In this document: one piece after another, positions 30,416-40,750 of the stretch
Position numbering within the stretch: position 1 is the stretch's first letter
How the letters are laid out: every line of letters starts with the position of its first letter
NCBI GenBank assembly: GCA_963750165.1
Contig: CAVVPN010000003.1
Coordinates: 2,752,001 to 2,816,000 of the forward strand
Length of the DNA stretch: 64,000 nt
Origin: an uncultured Gemmataceae bacterium
Lineage (GTDB): Bacteria; Planctomycetota; Planctomycetia; Gemmatales; Gemmataceae
Direction: 5' to 3'
Made by a program: the position numbers and the translations under genes
Notes under the pieces: generated by a model
Database searches by the model: none
The model's input: only the letters and a program-made list of their open reading frames with translations
What the model was told of the DNA's origin: nothing

Positions 30416-31348
30416 TCAACGCTCCAGCACCTTGAAGTTGTCCAGTGCCTTCCGCAGTTCCGGCTCGGCGCTCAAAGTTGCGCTCCGCGCCCCGACAATC
30501 ACCTGATAGAAAAGTTCCTCGCCCTCGCGCTGCACCACCCGCAAGATGAACCTCCGCTCCTGGCCGCCGACGCGCTTGTCGATCACCGACTCGATCCAGT
30601 TCACCGGTTCGCCCTGCGGCCCCCGCTTCGTGTGGAGCACTTCCCAGTGGTCCGTCCGCGCCCCTGCCTTGCTGCCGAACACCTTGCCAATGTCCTCCGT
30701 GCGCAGCTTTTCCCGGCACTGCTCCAGGTACTGGTCCAGCGTGCCGTCCTGCCGCTCCGTCAGCACCAGGATGTGCGCGTCCTCCTCGACGTTGATGAGG
30801 AGCAGTTCCTCCAGGCTGCGGGCGTCCTGCGGGTTGAAGCCGTCCTTGTCCTTGACCGGCTGGTTCTTTTTGACGACCCCCCAGCGCTCCGACGGCCGCT
30901 CGATGGTGTAATTCTCGGTCTCACGTTTGATGAGCTTCGGCCCGGTGTAATCGAGTTTGCCGGTCCAGTACGCCTGGCCCATGAGGTTGCGCAGGCCCCA
31001 GCCCTCGGCGGCGTGATAGGCATACAGCGTCGCCACTGTCAGCAGCACGCCCAGGACGATGCCGGCCACCGCGTAGCGCTCGCCGGTGACCGCCTCGCGG
31101 TGGCGGCGGACGTGGACCAGCGCCGCCAGGCCGACGAGCACTGCGAGCACCGTGCCGACCACCGTGAATGCCCCGACCAGCGCCAGCAGCAGGCTTGCCA
31201 GCGCCAGGCCGCTGGTCTTGATGAGCGCCGGGTCGGAGCGCGGCACCGCGACCGGGTGCTGGCAGTCCGGGCAGGTGATCTGCTGGCCCGCAAAGTTCTC
31301 CGGGATGTCCAGACGCACGCCACAGGTGCATTTCAACGAGAGAGTCAT
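30416..31348 (-). CDS. Zn-ribbon + DUF4190-like membrane protein
   Basis: CTCG..CPDC; TSGLALASLLL..G..AL...G.RYAVAGIVLG. Confidence 0.78.
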   Translation of the reverse strand: MTLSLKCTCGVRLDIPENFAGQQITCPDCQHPVAVPRSDPALIKTSGLALASLLLALVGAFTVVGTVLAVLVGLAALVHVRRHREAVTGERYAVAGIVLGVLLTVATLYAYHAAEGWGLRNLMGQAYWTGKLDYTGPKLIKRETENYTIERPSERWGVVKKNQPVKDKDGFNPQDARSLEELLLINVEEDAHILVLTERQDGTLDQYLEQCREKLRTEDIGKVFGSKAGARTDHWEVLHTKRGPQGEPVNWIESVIDKRVGGQERRFILRVVQREGEELFYQVIVGARSATLSAEPELRKALDNFKVLER

Positions 31349-31403
31349 GGTTGCCGCTCCTTACCCGTCGATTATACCACCGCGGCAACGCGCTGCAAAA
31401 CCC

Positions 31404-31463
31404 GTAGCGGAAGTCGCCAGACTTCCGGGCAGCGCTGCCCGGAAGTCTGGCGACTTCCGCTAC
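31404..31463. repeat. GTAG-type REP doublet, copy 2; perfect 60-bp palindrome
   Basis: GTAGCGGAAGTCGCCAGACTTCCGGGCAGC|GCTGCCCGGAAGTCTGGCGACTTCCGCTAC. Confidence 0.88.
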
Positions 31464-31496
31464 ACCCACGGCTTCCGGCTTTCCTGGACCGGGCGG

Positions 31497-32408
31497 TCAC
31501 TCCGCGATCTCGATCGGCTGGCCGACGCGCGTCTTGCGCGACTCGCGGTGCCAGAGGTACGACAGCAGCGTCAACAGCAGCAGGCCCCAGAACGTCCAGA
31601 AGGGGATGTGGAACGCGCGGCCGTCGAGGAACGCGATGGTGTAATAGTCGCCGATGAGCTGGGGGACATCGGTGATGTGCTTGGCCACGTCCGGGCCAGC
31701 GTACTCCTCCACCTGCGGCGGCAGATTCGGGGACAACTCGCGAATGCGGTGCTCCACCACTTTGCCATCCTTGATGGGGACCGGACGGGGGCTGGCGTTC
31801 GCTTTTTTCTCCAGGCTCACCAGATCCGCTTTTTCCTTCTTGTCCAGGTTCTTCTTCTCGCTCAGCTCACTGAGCCGGGTTTGCTCGCTCGCCGTCAATT
31901 TCGCGGGCATCTCGATCATTTCCGACCTCAGAGGCGCGTTCCAGAACTGGATCATCAGCCACGGCACCAGCAGCGCCAGCGCCAGCAGCACCCAGGACAT
32001 GCGTTGCGTGAAGACCTTGGCGGGGGTGCGGACCTCGCCGACCTTGCGGCCGTTCTGCAGCACCTCGGCGCGCTCGCCGCGCAGCGGCCCGCGGGCCAGG
32101 GGTGTGACGTAAAAAACCACCCGGGCGGACGGCTCACCGGGGTCGAGGGATTGCTCGGCGGGCACCACCTGGGCGCCGGCCATGATTAGACGCACCTGCA
32201 CCGGGCCGCCGCCTTCGCCGCCCTTACGCGTGCCTTTCCAGCCGACCTGCACGGGGTAGACCCGGTTGGGCCGCATACGTTTGTAGTAGCGGACGCGCAG
32301 GGCCGGCAGGGTGACCGCGGCCTGCGCCCGGCGCGCTGTGTGCCCGCCCGGGACCGGATAATAGGGGTTTCGGGCATGACCAACTCTCCTGCTCAGGGTG
32401 ACAGCCAT
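31497..32408 (-). CDS. Hypothetical membrane protein (two TM segments)
   Basis: Long ORF with coding-like composition, co-oriented with downstream genes; start uncertain. Confidence 0.65.
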   Translation of the reverse strand: MAVTLSRRVGHARNPYYPVPGGHTARRAQAAVTLPALRVRYYKRMRPNRVYPVQVGWKGTRKGGEGGGPVQVRLIMAGAQVVPAEQSLDPGEPSARVVFYVTPLARGPLRGERAEVLQNGRKVGEVRTPAKVFTQRMSWVLLALALLVPWLMIQFWNAPLRSEMIEMPAKLTASEQTRLSELSEKKNLDKKEKADLVSLEKKANASPRPVPIKDGKVVEHRIRELSPNLPPQVEEYAGPDVAKHITDVPQLIGDYYTIAFLDGRAFHIPFWTFWGLLLLTLLSYLWHRESRKTRVGQPIEIAE

Positions 32409-32690
32409 GGGATGTTCTGCGCCGCCGCGCCCATACCATTCACAGGGCCCGCGGCCGGCCAGCGGCGCAGTCCAGACGCCAGGGACGGATGATGGGGAAG
32501 ATTCTATCAATACGGACACCAGCGCAGCAAAGAAAAACCTTGCGATTTGCGTAATCTGTGCTGGTTGGCCTTCCCAACCTGCCGTCCGCGCGGCCTGGGA
32601 GGATTGCCGGTCCCGCCCGTCGGCGTTTATAGTGATAGGGTGCCCGGCACCATCCATTCCCTTGTTCGTCCGTCACGGAGGCAGATTTTC

Positions 32691-34076
32691 ATGCGACCGC
32701 GGTTGTCGATCCAACTGGTGGGCCTGCTCGCGTTGTTGCTGTGTGGCCTGTCCGCGTCGGTGGCGTCCGCCGACGACTGGCCGCAGTGGCTGGGGCCGAA
32801 GCGCGATGGCGTATGGCGCGAACCCGGCTTGCTGACGAAGTTCCCAGCCGGCGGTCTCAAGCCGAAGTGGCGCACGCCCATCGGTGAAGGTTACGCCGGC
32901 CCCGCCGTTTCCGGCCGCCGCGTCTTCGTCACCGATTTCATCCGCGACAAGGGCGCCGCCGCCCCCAAAAGCGGCTTCGACAAGGCGACCATCCCCGGCC
33001 GCGAGCGCGTCCTGTGCCTGGACGAGAGCAACGGCAAGGTGCTCTGGAAAAAGGAGTACCCGGTCGCTTACAAGGTTAGCTATGCCGCCGGGCCGCGGAC
33101 CACGCCGGTCGTCAGCGGCGGCAAGGTGTATACGCTCGGCACCATGGGCGACCTGCTCTGCCTGGATGCGCTGGACGGCACGATCCTTTGGCAGAAGAAC
33201 CTGCCGAAGGAGTATCAGTTCAAGGTGCCGCTCTGGGGCATGGCCGGCAGCCCGCTGATCGACGGCGACCGGCTCATCTGCTTGGTCGGCGGCAAGGGCA
33301 GCGTGGCGGTGGCGTTCAACAAGGACACTGGCAAGGAACTCTGGCGGGCGTTGTCGGCCAACCAGCCCGGCTACGCGCCGCCGATGATCTACGAGGCCGC
33401 CGGCAAACGGCAGCTGATTATCTGGCACCCCGAGTCGGTCAACGCATTGAACCCGGAGACGGGCGCGGTGTACTGGTCGGTGCCGTTCGGCAAGGACGAG
33501 CTGCCCAATGGCAAGCTCATGGTCAAGGCGGCGCTGTCGATCCCGACGCCGCGGGTGGACGGCGACCTGCTGTTCGTGACGGCGTTCTACGACGGCCCGC
33601 TGATGCTGAAGCTGAACCAGGACAAGCCGGGGGCGAAGGTGCTGTGGCGCGGCAAGGGCAAGGGCGAACAGCCGCGCCTGACCGACGGCCTGCACAGCAT
33701 CATGAGTACGCCGTGGCTGAAGGACGGCTACATTTACGGCGTGTGCAGCTACGGCGAGCTGCGCTGTCTGGAGGCGGCGACGGGCAAGCGGTTGTGGGCG
33801 ACGCACGCGGCGACCGGCGGCGAATCGCTGCGCTGGGCCAACGCTTTCCTGGTGCCGATGGGCGGCGACCGCTTCATCCTGTTCAACGAACAGGGCGACC
33901 TGATTCTGGCGAAGCTGACGCCGAAGGGTTACGAGGAGATCAGCCGGGCCAACATCCTGACGCCGACGAACGAGTTGGCGGGGCGGCCGGTGATCTGGTC
34001 GCACCCGGCGTTCGCGGATCGCTGCGTCTTCGCCCGCAACGATCGCGAGATCGTCTGCGTGTCGCTGGCCAAATAG
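32691..34076 (+). CDS. Secreted PQQ-binding-like beta-propeller protein
   Basis: Signal peptide; DDWPQWLGPKRDG; repeated G.VLW; WSHPAFA..FARND; GGAGG RBS. Confidence 0.9.
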   Translation: MRPRLSIQLVGLLALLLCGLSASVASADDWPQWLGPKRDGVWREPGLLTKFPAGGLKPKWRTPIGEGYAGPAVSGRRVFVTDFIRDKGAAAPKSGFDKATIPGRERVLCLDESNGKVLWKKEYPVAYKVSYAAGPRTTPVVSGGKVYTLGTMGDLLCLDALDGTILWQKNLPKEYQFKVPLWGMAGSPLIDGDRLICLVGGKGSVAVAFNKDTGKELWRALSANQPGYAPPMIYEAAGKRQLIIWHPESVNALNPETGAVYWSVPFGKDELPNGKLMVKAALSIPTPRVDGDLLFVTAFYDGPLMLKLNQDKPGAKVLWRGKGKGEQPRLTDGLHSIMSTPWLKDGYIYGVCSYGELRCLEAATGKRLWATHAATGGESLRWANAFLVPMGGDRFILFNEQGDLILAKLTPKGYEEISRANILTPTNELAGRPVIWSHPAFADRCVFARNDREIVCVSLAK

Positions 34077-34629
34077 TCATCAGTCATCAGTCATTCGTTT
34101 ACTGGGTTGGGGCGCCGGTATGTTGTACGGCGTCCCAACCCTTTAACGTCAACTCCCGACCCTTTCCGCTTTCCGCTCCTGTTTATCCTTCCAGGCGACT
34201 CCGAAAGGTGCGCTACTTTCCCTGGTGAACCTGAAAGTTCGCCGTTCTGACGCGGCTCCGCAACTCTCCTGCACGAAAGAGCCTGGTCATGGGAAAACGC
34301 TTGCCTACCGTGGTTCGCCGTCGCCGGTGTGGCGATGGTACTGGAGATCCTGGCAACGCACACGACCGCCGATCCGGCGGCCCAGGAAGTCAAGGGCCCC
34401 AGGCAGGTGCCCAAACTGGAACGGGAAGCTGGCAAAACGCGGAACTGGCACGCCAGGCACAGCAACGGCAAACGGCGGCATGGGACTTACGACTTCATCC
34501 TTATCCTGACCGACCCTGAGTAGAGTGAAGCCGTTCGGGTGGTGAACACCCACGGACTCACCATCTCGGGCTGGAGGTGGCGGTCTTCTCGACTTCGGAT
34601 TTCCTGACGTTCGGGTGAGCGTTACTGCT

Positions 34630-34669
34630 CCGTTTACGTTTCGCGCGATCCCACGCGAAACGTAAACGG
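34630..34669. repeat. REP-like hairpin, copy 1
   Basis: CCGTTTACGTTTCGCG...CGCGAAACGTAAACGG; related copy at 39660-39715. Confidence 0.75.
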
Positions 34670-34690
34670 GTGTGCTGAGCCCGCAGCCGC

Positions 34691-36562
<1,872 letters not shown>

Positions 36563-36713
36563 GGTCCCTTGGGGAATCGTGAAAATAAATGGGATGGCGC
36601 CGGCGGCGCGGTCCCCTGGCCGGGCGCATACGAGTATTTATTGTATAAAGAAGGAGCGCGGCTTGAACAGCCCAGGGCGGCCCGCGGCGGCGTGAAACCT
36701 TGATGAAGGCCCC

Positions 36714-36759
36714 TTGCTCCCCTCACCCCTGCGGGGGAGAGGGGTTGGGGGTGAGGGGG
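36714..36759. repeat. CCCCTC/GAGGGG-type palindromic repeat
   Basis: TTGCTCCCCTCACCCC..GGGGGAGAGGGGTTGGGGGTGAGGGG; shorter relative at 45161-45196. Confidence 0.65.
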
Positions 36760-36765
36760 AAACAC

Positions 36766-37287
36766 ATGGACCTGTACGTGATCCGGCACGCGGAAGCGGT
36801 GGCGCTGGGCGAACGCGGCATTACCGAGGACGCGGAACGGCCGCTGACGGAGCACGGCGCGCGGCAGGCGGCAGCACTGGGAGCCGGCCTGCCGCACGTG
36901 GGTGTGAAGCTGGACCTGGTGCTGACCAGCCCGCTGGTGCGCGCCCGGCAGACGGCGGATGGACTCGTCAAGCACTGGAACGGCACCCCGCCGGCGGTCG
37001 AGGCGTGCAACGCCCTGGCGCCGCACATCAAGCCGCGTAAACTGGCGCGGGCGCTGCTGGCGGCGGACAAGCAGTCCGTGGCCCTCGTTGGTCATGAGCC
37101 GAGCCTGAGCGAATGGACGGCGTGGTTGATCGGCAGCAAGAAGGCGCAGCTGGAACTGCAGAAGGCGGGGGTGGCGTGCGTGCGGGTGGACGGCGGCGTG
37201 TGCAAGGGGGCCGGGCAGCTGGCGTGGCTGGTGCCGCCAGAGTGGTTCCTGTCGGGCGCCAGCAGCGACCGCCCGGAGGTGAGGTGA
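36766..37287 (+). CDS. sixA: Phosphohistidine phosphatase SixA
   Basis: IRHAEA, RPLT..G, SPLVRARQTA, LVGHEP. Confidence 0.9.
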   Translation: MDLYVIRHAEAVALGERGITEDAERPLTEHGARQAAALGAGLPHVGVKLDLVLTSPLVRARQTADGLVKHWNGTPPAVEACNALAPHIKPRKLARALLAADKQSVALVGHEPSLSEWTAWLIGSKKAQLELQKAGVACVRVDGGVCKGAGQLAWLVPPEWFLSGASSDRPEVR

Positions 37288-37401
37288 AGAGCGGCCCGCG
37301 GAAATGTTGCCGTGGTGCCAACATTTCAGTGGTTGGGTCGTTTAGCAGATTGGAATCCAATCCAAATTTGCATCGTCTACACCACTCCCAACGGGTGTCG
37401 C

Positions 37402-39624
37402 ATGAAGCGTTTCGGCCTGCTCAGCCTCGGGCTACTGACCCTGTTCCTGTGCTGCCCAACGACAGCCCAGACCGGCGGCGATCCAGTCGCCGATCTCGTC
37501 CAGAGCCTCGACGACGCCAGGGATAAGCCAGCCCAACTCAAGGCGCTCAAGGCGCTCGGCGCGTACGGCAACGCCGCCCGGACAGCCGTGCCGCTGGTGC
37601 GGCTGTTCCTGCGCGAAAAGGACGACGGCCTGGCCAACCAGGCGGCCCAGACCCTGGCGCAAATCGGCCGGCCCGCCGTGCCGCCGCTGGTCCAGTTGCT
37701 GACCGACAAGAACGCCAAACTGCGCCACCGTGCCGCCTGGGCGCTGAGCCTGTTGGGACCGGAAGGCAAGGACGCCGTGGCCGCCCTGGAGCAAGCGCTG
37801 ACGGACGACAACTCCGAGGTGCGCAGCCTGGCGGCCGCGGCGCTCGGCGAGATCGGGCCGGCGGCCCAGCCGGCGTGTGACCGCCTGGTGCGAACGCTGG
37901 CGGACCCCAACCCGAAGGTGCGGACGCAGGGCGCCCAGGCGCTGCGGCGGCTCGGCTCCGGGGCCGTGGCGGCACTCGGCAAGGCGTTGTCCGACGAACA
38001 GCCGGCCGTCCGGCAAGGTGCCGCCCAGGTTCTGGCGCTGCTCGGCTCCGAGGCGAAGACGGCCGTGCCGCAGTTGACCGAGGCGGTCAAGGATACCGAC
38101 TCGGGCGTGCGTCTGGCCGCAGTGGGAGGCGCTGGGGGCGGTCGGTCCTGAGGCGAAAACCGCCGTGCCCACCCTGATTGAGTCCCTTCGGGTCAAACAC
38201 TTGCAAACGCAGTTGCAGGCGTACTCCGCTCTGTTGCTGATCGTCAAGGACGACCCCGAGGCGCTGGCGAACACCCTCCGTGAGGTGTCCCTGCAGACGC
38301 GCTGGGCGACACCTTATCTGCTGCCGCAGTTCGGCCCCCGGGCCAAGGACGCCGTCCAGCCGCTCATCAAACTGCTGGAGGATCCCGACCTTAACGTCCG
38401 CGTGACCTCGGCAATCGCCCTCGGCAACCTGGGTTCGCCGACGGCCGCAGAAGCCGTGCCGGCTTTGATCAAATGCCTGAATGACCCGGAGCCTCCTGTC
38501 CGTATGAGCGCCGCGGCTGCCCTGGCCGCGATGGACCCGCCAAACCTCCAGCAAGCCGGCATGTCCCCCCGGCGGAGTGAGGCTTTCACGGCCCTGGAAA
38601 AAGCCGCCTTTCAGGTCGAACAGGTGTACATCGCCTCCCAGAATCGGCTGGCCCAGTTGACCGGCGGCAGGCCGTTGTTGAACCCCGCAGCCCTCTCCGA
38701 TCCGGTGCTCCAGGGTCAATACAACTACATCGTCAACACGTTCATCGTGGCCCTGAATTTTTACCCCTACAACAAGGGCGAATGTAGTAAACTGATCCCC
38801 ATCCAGCAGGCCGCCAGGAGCGTGCTGATGAAGCTCGGTCCGGAAGCGACGCCAGCGCTGGTTCGCGGGCTGAATTACGTGGGTCGTTACAACATTGGTT
38901 TTACCTGACCGCTTCACACCATGCAGAATTCTCTGCTGAGCGCCGTGCGCGCTTCCAGTTCTCCGGTCCTGTACAAATACGTTCTGCAAAACCTTGGCCA
39001 GGGCGTTCCCTCGCAGTCCACCGTCGGCTCGATCATTCACCAGGCCCGACAATTCCTCGCCGCGGACCTGTACAGGGGCCATGCGCCCATCCCGAAGCAG
39101 CACCACCCGGCGGCCATGGCCCGGCTGATTCAGCAACAGTCCCTGGCGCAACTCCGCCAGCAACAGCAGCAACTCCGGCAAGCGGCACAACTGCTGGCCC
39201 AGCAGCGGCAGCAACTGCTGGCCCAGCAACTGGAAAAATGGTGGCGCGACCAGAACCAGCGCAAGAGGCGCTGGAACGCTGCGTGCATGAACTGTGGCTG
39301 CTCGACACCGACGAGTTGCGGTTGCGCCTGGTGGACGAGCGACCGATGGTCCGCTGGGTGACGGTTCAGGTCATCGCCCTGCGACGGCTGCCGCTGGAGG
39401 TCGATCTGATCGATCTGTTGTCGGACAAGTCCCCCGAGGTGAGCCAGGCGGCGCGGCAGGGGCTCGTGCGCCTGAGCCGTGGCTGCGACTTCGGGCCGTC
39501 GCCCCAGGCCACGGCGGCGCAGCGCACCCAGGCGCTTGCCGCGTGGCGGCGCTGGCTGGCGCGGCAGGATCCACCGCCGGCACCGTCTTCTCCGGGCGAG
39601 CCGAAAACGATCGTCATGCCGTGA
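37402..39624 (+). CDS. Secreted HEAT-repeat protein (~740 aa reconstructed) with in-frame TGA at 38906; candidate selenoprotein; indels near 38124 (+1) and 39236 (-1)
   Basis: Four ORF pieces form one collinear protein; C-terminal half homologous to 21642-22616 on both sides of the TGA, which aligns with Cys96 of that paralog. Confidence 0.75.
38910..38942 (+). promoter_or_regulatory. Candidate SECIS-like hairpin immediately 3' of the in-frame UGA
   Basis: By eye: lower stem CGCU(U)CA/UGAGCG, upper stem GCAGA/UCUGC, apical loop ~19 nt after UGA; loop not clearly canonical. Confidence 0.4.
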
Positions 39625-39659
39625 AAGCGTCTTGCGTTTCGCTTCCCGCTGCTTATAAC

Positions 39660-39715
39660 GGACCCCGTTTCCGTTTCGCGTGGACTGCCACCCGCGCGAA
39701 ACGGAAACGGGGTCC
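39660..39715. repeat. REP-like hairpin, copy 2
   Basis: GGACCCCGTTTCCGTTTCGCG...CGCGAAACGGAAACGGGGTCC. Confidence 0.78.
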
Positions 39716-39747
39716 TGGTGTTCGCCCGCATGTCTGAGAGAACTTCT

Positions 39748-40605
39748 ATGCCGTTGTTCGGAGCCCACCTGTCGATTGCCGGCGGTCTGCACAACGCCCT
39801 GCTCGCGGCCCAGAAGCTCCAGTGCGGCACCGTTCAGCTCTTCACCAAGAACAACAACCAGTGGCAGGGCAAGCCGCTCAGCGCGGACGCCATCGCTACC
39901 TTCCGCCGCGTCCTCCGGCAGACGCGCCTGCGCCACGCCACGGCCCACGACTGCTACCTCATCAACCTCGCCTCGCCCAACGCCGCGCTGTACCGCCGCT
40001 CCGTGGAGGCGTTCGTCGAGGAGGTATGCCGCGCCGAGGCGCTCGGCCTGGCGTACCTGGTGACGCACCCCGGCGCGGCGACCGACGGCGATGAGCAGCG
40101 CGGCCTGGAGCGCGTCGCGGCAGCGCTCAATGAGACGCACCGCCGCTGTCCGAACTTCCGTGTGCGGGTCCTGCTGGAAACGACCGCCGGCCAGGGCACC
40201 AGCCTCGGCCACCGCTTCGAGCACCTGGCGCACATTCTGACGCAGCTCGCGGAGCCCGATCGCGTCGGCGTCTGTCTCGATACCTGCCACGTCTTTGCCG
40301 CCGGCTACGCACTGGCGCCGCGCGCGGAGTACCAGGCGACGCTGCGGAGTTTCGACAAACTCATCGGTCTGAAGCGACTGCGTTGCTTTCATCTCAACGA
40401 CAGCCTCAAGCCGTTCGGCAGCCGCGTTGATCGGCATGCCCACATCGGCCGTGGCCACCTCGGCCTGGAGCCGTTCCGCCTGCTGGTCAACGACCGCCGC
40501 TTCCGTGGCCGGCCCATGATCCTGGAAACGCCCAAGGAGGAGGGCGACAACCACGACATGGATACCGTCAACCTGGCGGCGCTGCGCGGGTTGGTCGAGC
40601 TTTAA
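39748..40605 (+). CDS. nfo: Endonuclease IV
   Basis: GAHLSIAGG, QLFTKN, HDCYLINL, HPG, ETTAGQG, DTCH, HLNDS, DRHAHIG, LETP. Confidence 0.95.
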   Translation: MPLFGAHLSIAGGLHNALLAAQKLQCGTVQLFTKNNNQWQGKPLSADAIATFRRVLRQTRLRHATAHDCYLINLASPNAALYRRSVEAFVEEVCRAEALGLAYLVTHPGAATDGDEQRGLERVAAALNETHRRCPNFRVRVLLETTAGQGTSLGHRFEHLAHILTQLAEPDRVGVCLDTCHVFAAGYALAPRAEYQATLRSFDKLIGLKRLRCFHLNDSLKPFGSRVDRHAHIGRGHLGLEPFRLLVNDRRFRGRPMILETPKEEGDNHDMDTVNLAALRGLVEL

Positions 40606-40750
40606 ACGAGAACGTGTTGCAGGCGGCTGTAGCGGTCCTGGTATTGAGCCCCGAAGAGGCGACCCGGCGGCGCTCCCAACCGGCGCAGGGATTGCAGGAA
40701 TTTGTCCTACAATGACCGCAGCGCCCGCACCCCATCAACAGGAGCGTCCG

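Noticed and set aside
34225..34620. Short ORFs between the PQQ-propeller gene and typA, and the GTCATCA heptamer run at ~34077
   Set aside because: No recognisable motifs or RBS; at most a gene remnant
38906..38908. Genome-wide UGA reassignment (Trp/Gly)
   Set aside because: Many genes here end normally at TGA (e.g. 1472, 21500, 24749, 30170, 51589)
39231..39240. Programmed frameshift at the A-run, and at other breaks
   Set aside because: Same pattern as the indels in housekeeping genes; assembly error is simpler
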